Shown here piece by piece: positions 1-8,389 of a stretch of 64,000 bases of DNA. Source of the DNA: Hyphomicrobiaceae bacterium (GTDB lineage Bacteria; Pseudomonadota; Alphaproteobacteria; Rhizobiales; Hyphomicrobiaceae). A program made the position numbers and the translations under genes. The stretch covers positions 79,692 to 143,691 of the forward strand of contig JANRIE010000059.1 in the NCBI GenBank assembly GCA_033765285.1, read 5' to 3'. The notes beneath the pieces are model-generated. The model was given only the letters and a program-made list of their open reading frames with translations, ran no database searches and was not told where the DNA came from. The stretch's first letter is position 1. Each line of letters opens with the position of its first letter.

Positions 1-476
1 ACGCTTTCACCAACCTGGAAGGGAAAGTCGTCGAGCGAGGCTATCCGGTCTATGGCAACCAGTGCGCGATCCGGATGGGCGTTGCGCTGCGCCGCGCCGG
101 AGTGACCTACCAGATGCTCGGGCGGACGGCGACGTGCGGGCATCACCCCAAGGACGAAATGCACATCATCAACGCCAGCCAACTCGCCATTGCGATCAAG
201 GCGGCGAACCTGCCCGGCTTTGCCCCCGTCGAAGTGATCGGTGGAGCCGACGCGGCGCAGTTCTATCCCAAGCTGTTCGGGCGGACCGGTGTGATCTTCG
301 TCAAAGACTACTGGCACCGCTCCACCGACAGGCAGGATAGTCCGACCGGCGACCACATCGACGTCTGGAACGGCTACCGATCGAGCGCCAAAATGCTGAT
401 GGAGTGGTTTTTCTGGCTCGGCTACTACTCGAATTACGCCGGGGCCAAGGAACTCTGGTTCTGGGAGGTCGAGTAG
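1..476 (+). CDS. Tae4-family (type VI amidase effector 4-like) Cys-His peptidoglycan amidase; 5' end lies outside the window
   Basis: Frame 3 is open from base 3 (AFTNLEGKVVERGYPVYGNQCAIRMGVAL...). It carries the NQCAIRM cysteine motif and the GDHIDVWNG histidine motif that I recognise from Tae4-type amidases. The listed ORF 75..476 is only the Met-started in-window part. Confidence 0.7.
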   Translation, partial: AFTNLEGKVVERGYPVYGNQCAIRMGVALRRAGVTYQMLGRTATCGHHPKDEMHIINASQLAIAIKAANLPGFAPVEVIGGADAAQFYPKLFGRTGVIFVKDYWHRSTDRQDSPTGDHIDVWNGYRSSAKMLMEWFFWLGYYSNYAGAKELWFWEVE

Positions 477-516
477 GTCTCGGGACGGCGCGGACTGGTG
501 TAGGGCTGGGGGAGGC

Positions 517-756
517 GTGATGCGGTATGTCGTTGCGATCGTGATAGCGGCCGCGGTCGCTCTCGTGGCGACCCTGACGGTGAGCGCCCCGCTCGCCCTC
601 TTCGTGGTGTCGCGTTTCAGCTTCGAGAGCCCGGATCAGGTGTCCAATCTGCACGATGCCGTGTATCTGGGTACCAGCGCGCTGGCGCTGGCCGCCGGTT
701 GGGCCATCGGCTGGCTTGTCGGTGCCCGTTTCGAGCCCGGCGAAGACCCGGGATGA
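517..756 (+). CDS. small hypothetical membrane protein (two predicted TM segments)
   Basis: 79-aa ORF with GTG 517 / ATG 520, preceded by a strong SD (GGGGGAGG, 505-512). Two hydrophobic stretches (VVAIVIAAAVALVATLTVSAPLALFVV and LGTSALALAAGWAIGWLVGA). It sits 40 nt after the amidase stop. Confidence 0.5.
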   Translation: MMRYVVAIVIAAAVALVATLTVSAPLALFVVSRFSFESPDQVSNLHDAVYLGTSALALAAGWAIGWLVGARFEPGEDPG

Positions 757-986
757 GAGGGGCGGAAGGTTGGCGTGCCCGGGTCGCGGCGCGAGAGAGT
801 GAGTAGCGCTGACGGTGCTCCCCGAGGCAATGAACGTGCGACCATGTCGTTGCCCGCGTCGCCCCGAGGGCAATGCACTGGTCCGGTGGCGCTGGCCCGA
901 AACGGCTGCGGGCGGCGACCTGGACGCTCGAGTTGATGGCCGTTACGGTCGAGACACCAACCGGCCCGCATAGTCTGGACCTGATC

Positions 987-1376
987 ATGAACCTGTTCCT
1001 CCTTGCATCAGCCGGTGGTGCCATCGGTGCCGGAGCCCGCTATCTCGTCAGCGTCGGTGTCGGCCACTGGCTGGGACCGGCGGCCGTCGCATTTCCCTGG
1101 GCCACGCTCCTGGTCAACGTCGTGGGCTGCTTTCTGATGGGCGTACTGATCGAGGGGCTGGCGCTGCGGCTGTCGGGCTCGCCTGAGGTGCGCGTGTTCC
1201 TGGCGACCGGCGTACTGGGAGGATTCACGACGTTCTCCGCCTTTGCGCTCGATGTCTCCGTCCTGATGGGGCGCAAGCAGGAACTGGCGGCGGGGCTTTA
1301 CGTGGCGGCCTCCGTCGCCCTGTCGATCCTGGCGCTTTATGCGGGCCTGTGGCTCGCCCGGCAGGTGCTGGCATGA
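987..1376 (+). CDS. crcB: fluoride ion channel CrcB/FluC
   Basis: MNLFLLASAGGAIGAGARYLV...GVLGGFTTFSAFALD is a typical CrcB signature and length (129 aa). ATG at 987 lies inside the longer ORF 873..1376. The stop overlaps the next start (ATGA at 1373-1376). Confidence 0.9.
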   Translation: MNLFLLASAGGAIGAGARYLVSVGVGHWLGPAAVAFPWATLLVNVVGCFLMGVLIEGLALRLSGSPEVRVFLATGVLGGFTTFSAFALDVSVLMGRKQELAAGLYVAASVALSILALYAGLWLARQVLA

Positions 1377-2410
1377 GCGAGCCGGACAACGCCGACAATC
1401 CCCGACATAAATCGGCGAAGGCGAGCGACGCGGTGGAAACCATCGAGGTCCGCCGCGACGAAGACGACCTGCGTCTCGACCGCTGGTTCAAGGTTCATTT
1501 TCCCGACGTCACCTACGGCTACCTGCAGAAACTGCTGCGGTCGGGGCAAGTTCGCGTCAATTCCAAGCGGGTGCTTGCCAACGAGCGCCTCGTGGCGGGC
1601 GCGCAGATCCGTGTGCCCAAGGTCGTGCGCCATCCACCGCCAGCCGCACCCAGCGTCAAGCCGCCGCCCGGCCTGTCGAAAGCCGACCGTGATTTCATCG
1701 AAGCCATGATCCTGCTGGAGGACGAGGATGTGCTCGTCCTCAACAAGCCGTTTGGACTGGCCGTGCAGGGTGGCACCAACACCAAGCGCCACGTGGACGG
1801 CATTCTGGCCGGGATGGTCGACCGCTTTGGCGACCGCCCGCGCCTCGTCCACCGCCTCGACCGGGACACGACCGGCGTGCTGCTCGTTGCCAAGCATCGC
1901 GACGCCGCCGCCAAGCTTGGTCGCATTTTCCAGACCCGCTCGGCGGCCAAGACCTACTGGGCCCTGGTGTCGGGTGTCCCGAAGCCGCCGCAGGGCCGCA
2001 TCGAGGCTGCGCTCGTCAAGGATTCGGGGCCGGATGGCGACCGCGTCCGCAAATCGCGCGAGGGCGAACAGGACCGCGCGATGCACGCGACGACGCATTA
2101 TTCGGTCATCGACCGCGTCGGCCACAAGGCGGCGTGGGTGTCACTGAAACCGGTGACTGGTCGCCAACACCAGCTCAGGGCCCACATGGCGCTCATCGGC
2201 CATCCCATCCTGGGCGACAACAAGTACGACGGCGACAAGGTGCTGCCAGCCGAAAACATGGACAACAAGCTGCACCTGCATGCGCGGCGCCTGATCCTGC
2301 CCCACCCCTTCCGCCAGGGCGTCAAACTCGATGTGACCGCGCCTTTGCCAGCCCATATGTTGCGCACGTTCGACCTGCTCGGCCTCGATCCCAACCGCTG
2401 GCAGGAGTAA
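1373..2410 (+). CDS. RluA-family 23S rRNA pseudouridine synthase with N-terminal S4 domain (RluC/RluD-like)
   Basis: S4-like LRLDRWFKVHFP...GQVRVNSKRV and the catalytic HRLDRDTTGVLLVAK motif. Start is 1373 (ATGA overlap with crcB) or 1349. Confidence 0.85.
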   Translation: MSEPDNADNPRHKSAKASDAVETIEVRRDEDDLRLDRWFKVHFPDVTYGYLQKLLRSGQVRVNSKRVLANERLVAGAQIRVPKVVRHPPPAAPSVKPPPGLSKADRDFIEAMILLEDEDVLVLNKPFGLAVQGGTNTKRHVDGILAGMVDRFGDRPRLVHRLDRDTTGVLLVAKHRDAAAKLGRIFQTRSAAKTYWALVSGVPKPPQGRIEAALVKDSGPDGDRVRKSREGEQDRAMHATTHYSVIDRVGHKAAWVSLKPVTGRQHQLRAHMALIGHPILGDNKYDGDKVLPAENMDNKLHLHARRLILPHPFRQGVKLDVTAPLPAHMLRTFDLLGLDPNRWQE

Positions 2411-2444
2411 AGTCATGCGGACGAGGCGCGCGGGCCAGTGTTCC

Positions 2445-2497
2445 GGTTCTGGCATTTGCTTGCCCGTGCGGCTTGGCTCACAGCAAATGTCAGAACC
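2445..2497 (+). other. long imperfect inverted repeat (16-nt arms, 21-nt loop) 35 nt downstream of the pseudouridine synthase stop
   Basis: GGTTCTGGCATTTGCT (2445-2460) pairs with AGCAAATGTCAGAACC (2482-2497) with a single G:U position. No T-tract follows. Confidence 0.5.
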
Positions 2498-2631
2498 ATC
2501 AGGAAAACTAGCAACCATATGATTGTAGTGCAGCTTATGCATCTGACGTTTGGTTCGAGGCGGAGTTGCGAGCGGGTACCATACGTTAGATGCGCTGCAC
2601 TAGGGCTGGGCAAGCGCAGAGGAACGCGTCG

Positions 2632-3243
2632 ATGAAACTCATCCAGACCCTGACCGCTCCCAATCCACGTCGGGTGCGCATCTTCCTGGCCGAGAAGGGC
2701 CTTGCAGTTCCGTGCGAGGAAATGACTTTGACCGCCGACAGCGTCAATGCCCCGGACTTCGTCAAGATGAGCCCGTTTCGGCGCGTGCCCGTTCTCGTGC
2801 TGGACGACGGCACCACGCTCACGGAGTCGATGGCGATCTGCCGGTACTTCGAGGAGTTGCATCCCGAGCCTGCGCTGTTCGGCAGGGACGCCAAGTCGAC
2901 GGCGCTGATCGAGATGTGGAGCCGTGGTGTCGAGCACGGATTGTTCCTGTTCGTGTCCCAGGCCTTCCGGCATCTGCATCCGCGCATGGTGGAGCGCGAG
3001 GTGCCGCAGGTCGCCGAATGGGGGGAGGCGTGCAAGTGGAAAGCCCTGGCGGCTCTGGACAGGCTGGATGCGGAACTCAGTCAACGGGATTATCTCGCAG
3101 GGGACGCCTTCTCGGTTGCCGACATCACGTTGCTGGTGGCCGTCGACTTCATGCAGGTCGCCCGCATCGACCGGCCGGCCAACCTGACCAACCTTGCGGC
3201 CTGGCACGCCAAAGTCAGCGCCCGGCCGAGCGCGTCGGCGTGA
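2632..3243 (+). CDS. glutathione S-transferase family protein
   Basis: MKLIQTLTAPNPRRVRIFLAEKGL...FRRVPVLVLDDGTTLTESMAICRYFEE is a classic GST N-terminal thioredoxin-like fold pattern. ATG 2632 lies inside ORF 2590..3243. Confidence 0.85.
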   Translation: MKLIQTLTAPNPRRVRIFLAEKGLAVPCEEMTLTADSVNAPDFVKMSPFRRVPVLVLDDGTTLTESMAICRYFEELHPEPALFGRDAKSTALIEMWSRGVEHGLFLFVSQAFRHLHPRMVEREVPQVAEWGEACKWKALAALDRLDAELSQRDYLAGDAFSVADITLLVAVDFMQVARIDRPANLTNLAAWHAKVSARPSASA

Positions 3244-3334
3244 GGGGTGCGTGCTGTTCCCCAGGGAACAGCGGACCATCTCCGCCATCTGTGACTGTGC
3301 CGATCTTGGGGAACGGACGCGGACACATGAAACC

Positions 3335-4078
3335 ATGAAGCTGACAATCGTCGGCTCGGGCGATGCTTTCGGCTCGGGCGGCCGGCTGCAGACGTGCTTT
3401 CACGTCGCGTCCGGCGATTACGAGTTCCTGATCGACTGTGGAGCCACGGCGCTGATCGGCATGGCGCGGCTCGGGCTCGATCCGGGCCGGATCCAGGCCG
3501 TCTACATCACCCACCTGCACGGCGATCACTTCTCTGGCCTCGTCTGGCTGCTCATGCACGCCGAGTATGTCGCCAAGCGTACGGCTCCCCTTGTGATCGT
3601 CGGTCCGCGCGGGCTTGCCGAGCGCCTCAAAACGGCAGGGGAGGCGCTGTTTCCCGGCTTCAGCCGACGCCGCCGGGGGTTTCGAACGGAGGTCCTGGAG
3701 CACGTCGGCGCGGTCGCCCTCGACGTCGGGCCGGTCGTCAGCGAAGCGTTCGAGGTGAACCATCCCTCTGGCGCGCCGGCGTATGCCTTGCGCTTCACGA
3801 GCGGTGGTCGGATCCTGGCGTTCTCGGGCGATACCGAATGGGTCGATGCGCTGCTCGCCTGCGCTGCGCATTCCGATCTCTATATCTCCGAATGCTACGG
3901 CTACGACCGTGACACGCCGCACCACATGACCTGGACGCGCATCCAGGAGAGGCTGCCGAAGCTTTCGGCGCGACGCATCCTCCTCACCCACATGAGCGCG
4001 GAGATGCTGGCCGGTGCCGGTGCCATCGACGACCGGCGCGTGGGCCTTGCCGAAGACGGGTTGAGGCTCGAGATCTGA
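3335..4078 (+). CDS. MBL-fold metallo-hydrolase
   Basis: MKLTIVGSGDAFGSGGR...ITHLHGDHFSG contains the HxHxDH metallo-beta-lactamase motif. ATG 3335 lies inside ORF 3194..4078. Confidence 0.8.
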   Translation: MKLTIVGSGDAFGSGGRLQTCFHVASGDYEFLIDCGATALIGMARLGLDPGRIQAVYITHLHGDHFSGLVWLLMHAEYVAKRTAPLVIVGPRGLAERLKTAGEALFPGFSRRRRGFRTEVLEHVGAVALDVGPVVSEAFEVNHPSGAPAYALRFTSGGRILAFSGDTEWVDALLACAAHSDLYISECYGYDRDTPHHMTWTRIQERLPKLSARRILLTHMSAEMLAGAGAIDDRRVGLAEDGLRLEI

Positions 4079-4088
4079 GCGCAAGGCC

Positions 4089-4727
4089 ATGGCGGTCACT
4101 TCGGTCGATGGGGACGACGATCTGGACCGCCTGACGGCGGCAATCCGCGCTTGCCGTATCTGCCGCGATCATCCGACCGGCCCGCCACTGGCGCACGAGC
4201 CGCGGCCCGTATTCCAGGTGTCGGCCACAGCGCGTCTCGTCATTGCCGGCCAGGCACCCGGTCTCAGGGCCCACCACGCGGGCCGGCCGTTCGCCGATCC
4301 TTCGGGTGTCCGCCTGCGCGCATGGCTCGGGATCGACGAGTCGGTCTTCTATGATCGGCACCGGGTGGCCATCGTGCCGATGGGGTTCTGCTTTCCCGGT
4401 CATGACCGCCGCCGTGCTGATCTGCCGCCGCGCGCGGAATGCGCAGCCATCTGGAGGGCGCGCTTGCTGGATCTCTTGCCGCGAATCGAATTGGTGGTTG
4501 CCATCGGCCTCTATGCGCACGCCTGGCATCTGGGCGATCGGCGCGGCGAGAACCTTACGACTACCGTGGCCAACTGGCGCGCGATCCTCGGGGCTCCCTG
4601 CCGGCCGCGCGTGCTGCCGCTGCCGCATCCCTCGTGGCGCAACAACGGATGGCTTGGACAGAACCCCTGGTTTGCCCGTGAGGTCGTGCCGGTGTTGCGC
4701 GATGAGGTCGCCCGACTGACGGCCTGA
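4089..4727 (+). CDS. uracil-DNA glycosylase superfamily protein
   Basis: CRICRD..., VIAGQAPG, ADPSG and a C-terminal HPSWRN motif pattern characteristic of UDG-superfamily (family 4/5/6-like) enzymes. Confidence 0.7.
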   Translation: MAVTSVDGDDDLDRLTAAIRACRICRDHPTGPPLAHEPRPVFQVSATARLVIAGQAPGLRAHHAGRPFADPSGVRLRAWLGIDESVFYDRHRVAIVPMGFCFPGHDRRRADLPPRAECAAIWRARLLDLLPRIELVVAIGLYAHAWHLGDRRGENLTTTVANWRAILGAPCRPRVLPLPHPSWRNNGWLGQNPWFAREVVPVLRDEVARLTA

Positions 4728-4776
4728 AAGTTCAGAAAGTTCTTCAGGTCGGTCGCGTCTGGCGCAGTGGCCCCAA

Positions 4777-5268
4777 TCAGGCGGCGACGCTCGTGGCGGG
4801 GCGTGAGATCGCGGGGGGGATTGAGGCGGCGGTGACGTCGCGGTTGGCCTGCTGATCGAGCTCGTCGCGCAAAAAGCCGAGATCGAAGCCGGCGGCGTCG
4901 AGCCGCTCGAGCACCGTACCGACCGGTTGGCTCCGGGCTGCCGCGGCCGCCCACACGATCGCTGAGCGAATCCCCGATTTGCAGTGAGCCAGAACCGGTC
5001 CTTCGAGGGCCGACAGCGCGTCTGCCATGTTGGAGACGACCGCGTCGGTGAACAAGTCGTGCTTGCTGGCCCCGATGTGGCGGTACTGCAAGCCTGCACC
5101 CCAGGCGCGGGTGGCCTGGCTGCGCGCGTCGGGCTGGCCATCCTCTTCGCCGTCGGGCCGGTTGTTGATCACGGCTCGGAAGCCCGCGGCGGCGACAGCA
5201 GGGAAATCCTCCTCGGAGAGCGCCCCAGTCACGGCAAAACCAGGTGTGATGTAGACGATCTCGTTCAC
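4777..5268 (-). CDS. TIGR01244-like sulfur-transferase/phosphatase-fold protein (DSP-PTPase-like, BLH N-domain type)
   Basis: VNEIVYITPGFAVTGALSEEDFPAVAAAGFRAVINNRPDGEE...AHCKSGIRS. The family normally starts near this point, so a GTG start at 5268 is likely. The maximal ORF runs to 5418. Confidence 0.6.
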   Translation of the reverse strand: MNEIVYITPGFAVTGALSEEDFPAVAAAGFRAVINNRPDGEEDGQPDARSQATRAWGAGLQYRHIGASKHDLFTDAVVSNMADALSALEGPVLAHCKSGIRSAIVWAAAAARSQPVGTVLERLDAAGFDLGFLRDELDQQANRDVTAASIPPAISRPATSVAA

Positions 5269-5462
5269 GGTTCGTGTTCCTGCGCCCGGCACAATAAACT
5301 GACCCGTCGAATATCGACCCGACGCCGGGCCTGCACAAGGCCATGAGCAGGCTGCGCAGAAAAAAGTACTAAAATGCTCGTTAAGGCGGGAGGCAAAGGG
5401 TAAGCTTATCTCTGACATGCCAACAATTAGAAACAGACTTCTGAATTCTATGGGAGGGCAGC

Positions 5463-5957
5463 ATGCTTGACGAGATGGATATCAAGATCCTGCGGGCGCT
5501 GCAGAAGGATGCGACGCGCGCCGTGGCCGACATCGGCAAGGAAGTCGGTCTGTCGACGACGCCTTGCTGGCGGCGCATCCAGAAGCTCGAGGAGACCGGC
5601 GTCATCCAGCGCCGCGTCGTGCTTCTCGACCCCGCCAAGGTCAATGCGGGCGTCACCGTGTTCGTGCAGATCAAGACCGATCAGCACAGCGTCGGGTGGC
5701 TCGAGAAGTTTCACGCCGCCGTCATCGACTTCCCCGAGGTCGTCGAATTCTACCGCATGTCGGGCGAGATCGACTACCTGCTGCGGGTCGTCGTGCCCGA
5801 CATCGCATCCTATGACGCCTTCTACAAAAAGCTGATCGCCAAGATCGAGATCGCGAAAGTTTCGTCGGCGTTTGCCATGGAGCAGATCAAGTTCACGACG
5901 GAACTGCCCCTCACATTCGCGTTGGAGGGCGGCCGGTCGTCTCATGCCACGCGTTGA
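5463..5957 (+). CDS. Lrp/AsnC-family transcriptional regulator
   Basis: MLDEMDIKILRALQKDATRAVADIGKEVGLSTTPCWRRIQKLEETGVI (HTH) followed by an AsnC/RAM domain. SD GGGAGGG precedes the ATG. The upstream region is lower in GC. Confidence 0.9.
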   Translation: MLDEMDIKILRALQKDATRAVADIGKEVGLSTTPCWRRIQKLEETGVIQRRVVLLDPAKVNAGVTVFVQIKTDQHSVGWLEKFHAAVIDFPEVVEFYRMSGEIDYLLRVVVPDIASYDAFYKKLIAKIEIAKVSSAFAMEQIKFTTELPLTFALEGGRSSHATR

Positions 5958-6334
5958 ACAGCAAAGAGGAGACCCGTGGCGGCCCCGATGGCGATGGCGG
6001 TAAACGTCAGCACCATGCCGAGCACCCGGACGCGCAAGATGTGGGGCGTTTGCGACAGCGCGTAAGCATGCATCAGCCGGCCGGCCAGCAGCATCGCGCC
6101 GATGCCATGCAGGACCAGGGCGGGCGCACCCACGCTCTCGGCCAGACCCATCAGCACCAGCGCGATGGGCAGGTACTCGGCGCAATTGGCATGGACGCGC
6201 ATGCGGCGCAGCAATTCGCGGTCGGCCCCATCGCCAATCTCGACCCGAGCGGCGCGGCGGTGTGAGATCACGCGGAACGACAGATAGACATAGAGCATTG
6301 CCAGCGGCACGGCATACAGCGTGGTGATCGGCAT
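5942..6334 (-). CDS. MAPEG-family membrane protein
   Basis: The 130-aa C-terminal part of ORF 5942..7024 starts at ATG 6334: MPITTLYAVPLAMLYVYLSFRVISHRR...RMRVHANCAEYLP is MAPEG-like. Confidence 0.75.
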   Translation of the reverse strand: MPITTLYAVPLAMLYVYLSFRVISHRRAARVEIGDGADRELLRRMRVHANCAEYLPIALVLMGLAESVGAPALVLHGIGAMLLAGRLMHAYALSQTPHILRVRVLGMVLTFTAIAIGAATGLLFAVQRVA

Positions 6335-6345
6335 TCGGGTCTCCC

Positions 6346-6774
6346 TCAGGAACTCGGCAGCTTGTCGACAAAGCTGGCCAGCAGCGTGTGTAGTGCGTCG
6401 GTGTCGTGCGTTCCGAAGTGCTGGGCCACCTCGGCCTGCGCGGCACGCCAGGCCGTGCGGGCGTGACCGAGTGTGGTTTCTCCAGCCGGCGTGAGACGCA
6501 GGGCGCGCGAGCGCTTGTCGGAGCCCTCCGTCGTGACCAACCCGCGCGCGGTCAGCGGCTTCAGGTTGCGCGTCAGCGTCGTGCGATCCATGTCGAGGCG
6601 CTGGGCGATGGCACCGACCGGTTGGCCCGGGCGGGCCGCAATCGTCATCAGCAGTCCGTATTGGGGGCTCGTCAGGCCAATCGCCGCGAAGTGCCGGTCG
6701 TAGGCGCGCGTCGCCTTCCGCGTCGCCATCCGCAGGCGGTAGAGGGTGCACGGCGGAAGGGGATCGGTGGGCAT
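6346..6774 (-). CDS. MarR-family transcriptional regulator
   Basis: ...AIGLTSPQYGLLMTIAARPGQPVGAIAQRLDMDRTTLTRNLKPLTARGLV is a winged-HTH MarR pattern. ATG at 6774 (alternative GTG at 6825). It lies 11 nt upstream of the MAPEG gene on the same strand. Confidence 0.85.
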   Translation of the reverse strand: MPTDPLPPCTLYRLRMATRKATRAYDRHFAAIGLTSPQYGLLMTIAARPGQPVGAIAQRLDMDRTTLTRNLKPLTARGLVTTEGSDKRSRALRLTPAGETTLGHARTAWRAAQAEVAQHFGTHDTDALHTLLASFVDKLPSS

Positions 6775-6825
6775 GTGGTCGCGCGTCTCGACAGGAGGAG
6801 TGACGACATGAGTGTAGCAACACAC

Positions 6826-6837
6826 GTGTAATTACAC
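6826..6837. promoter_or_regulatory. perfect 12-bp palindrome GTGTAATTACAC upstream of marR (candidate MarR operator)
   Basis: Read directly. It lies about 50 bp upstream of the ATG-6774 start of the MarR gene and overlaps a CACGTG core. Confidence 0.45.
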
Positions 6838-6950
6838 AAGCGCTCGCGGGCAGCGTCTCGAACGGGTGGGCAAGCGACTGTCGAGGGGTGCGCCGCACTG
6901 CACTTGGGCGCGCGGTCCGATGGCAACGGACGTGAACCGTGCGTCGCGCC

Positions 6951-7403
6951 TCAGTCGCGGCGCGGCGTGTCCGCCAGGATGCGCATGCGCCCGCGGACAA
7001 TCGCGGCGGGACAATCGTCAACACTCAGCATCACGTCATAGAATGCGTTGCGCCCCTTGACGGCCGTCTCCTCCACGTCGGCAATCAAAACGGCACCGAG
7101 CGGGACAGGTGCAAGGTATTCGATGGTGGCACCGGCGGTCATGGCTTTCTGCCCGCGTGCATTGCAGGTAAAGCCAAAGGCGAGGTCGGCAAGCGCGAAG
7201 ACGATGCCGCCGTGACAAACGCCGAAGGTATTCGTGTGCTCGGGGCGCACCGTCATGGCGAAGCGCGACCGTTGGCGTCCGGCCGCGACAATGGTCACGC
7301 CGAGAGACTGAAACACGGGATTGACCGCCGCCATCGCCTGCATGATGGCCAGCGGATCGTCTGGCCCGCCGGCCATCGACGAGGCGTCACTCGCCATGAC
7401 CAC
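6951..7403 (-). CDS. PaaI-family hotdog-fold thioesterase
   Basis: ...NTFGVCHGGIVFALADLAFGFTCNA... is a typical PaaI/4HBT motif. 150 aa. Confidence 0.8.
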   Translation of the reverse strand: MVMASDASSMAGGPDDPLAIMQAMAAVNPVFQSLGVTIVAAGRQRSRFAMTVRPEHTNTFGVCHGGIVFALADLAFGFTCNARGQKAMTAGATIEYLAPVPLGAVLIADVEETAVKGRNAFYDVMLSVDDCPAAIVRGRMRILADTPRRD

Positions 7404-7407
7404 GGCC

Positions 7408-8307
7408 TCAGCCGCGCTTGCTGTCGGCGGCGTTGAGGCGGGCTATCAGACTGGACGTATCCCAACGGCTGCCGCCCATCCGCTGGATTTCCGAATAGAA
7501 CTGGTCGACGAGCGCGGCGATCGGCAGGGACGCATCGTTGCGGCGCGCCTCGTCCAGGCAGATGCCGAGGTCCTTGCGCATCCAGTCGACGGCAAACCCG
7601 AAGTCGAACCGGCCGTCGTTCATCGTCTTCCAGCGGTTCTCCATCTGCCAGGACTGCGCGGCACCCTTGGAGATGGTGTCGAGGACCGCGGGCACGTCGA
7701 GGTTGGCCTTCTGGGCGAAGTGGATTGCCTCGGCCAAACCCTGCACCAGGCCGGCGATGGCGATCTGGTTGACCATCTTGGTCAGCTGGCCGGCACCGGC
7801 GGGACCAATCAGCCGGACCATGCGGGCATAGTGAGCGATGACCGGCTCGGCGCGCCGGAAGGGTGTCTCGTCGCCGCCGCACATGACGGTCAGAACGCCG
7901 TTCTCGGCACCGGCCTGACCACCGGAAACCGGCGCGTCGATGAAGTGGAACCCGGCAGCCTTCGCTGCGGAGCCGAGTTCGCGGGCGACATCGGCGGACG
8001 CCGTCGTATTGTCGATGAAGACGGCGTCGGCGGCCATCGTGTGGAACGCGCCGTCCTTGCCGGTGGTTACGGCGCGCAGATCGGAATCGTTGCCGACACA
8101 CGAAAACACGAATTCCGCGCCGCGAGCAGCTTCCGCGGGGGTGGCCGCCGTGCGCCCTGCACCGAATTTGGCAACCCAGGCGGCCGCCTTGGCCGCATTG
8201 CGGTTGTAGACGGTGAGGTCATGGCCGCCCTTCGTCAGGATATGGCCTGCCATCGGAAAGCCCATCACGCCGAGCCCGATCCACGCTACTTTGGCCATGC
8301 TGGTCAT
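7408..8307 (-). CDS. NAD(P)-dependent 3-hydroxyisobutyrate dehydrogenase-family oxidoreductase
   Basis: The N-terminal Rossmann motif VAWIGLGVMGFPMAGHI and the overall pattern fit the MmsB/GarR family. It lies directly upstream of the PaaI gene. Confidence 0.8.
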   Translation of the reverse strand: MTSMAKVAWIGLGVMGFPMAGHILTKGGHDLTVYNRNAAKAAAWVAKFGAGRTAATPAEAARGAEFVFSCVGNDSDLRAVTTGKDGAFHTMAADAVFIDNTTASADVARELGSAAKAAGFHFIDAPVSGGQAGAENGVLTVMCGGDETPFRRAEPVIAHYARMVRLIGPAGAGQLTKMVNQIAIAGLVQGLAEAIHFAQKANLDVPAVLDTISKGAAQSWQMENRWKTMNDGRFDFGFAVDWMRKDLGICLDEARRNDASLPIAALVDQFYSEIQRMGGSRWDTSSLIARLNAADSKRG

Positions 8308-8389
8308 CTCTCCATGATCTTGATCGAAAGTCGGACGGTCTATAGCGAGGTACGATCAGCAAAGGCAAAGGGTTTCGCGAGGGACGGGC

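Noticed and set aside
757-986. Possible fluoride (crcB-motif) riboswitch upstream of crcB. The region contains GATGGCC, AACCGG and CTGATCATG, reminiscent of the consensus.
   Set aside because: The pseudoknot partner of the GAUGGCC loop is missing after CUGAU, and the P1 loop would be about 17 nt instead of about 8. This does not fit the consensus as I recall it. cmsearch with RF01734 would settle it.
6808-6831. A 7-codon mini-ORF (MSVATHV*) with a very strong SD (AGGAGGAG) on the plus strand, opposite the marR 5' region.
   Set aside because: It is too short and lies antisense to the marR 5' region. The purine run is the complement of the Pro/Val codons if marR starts at 6825. It is most likely coincidental.
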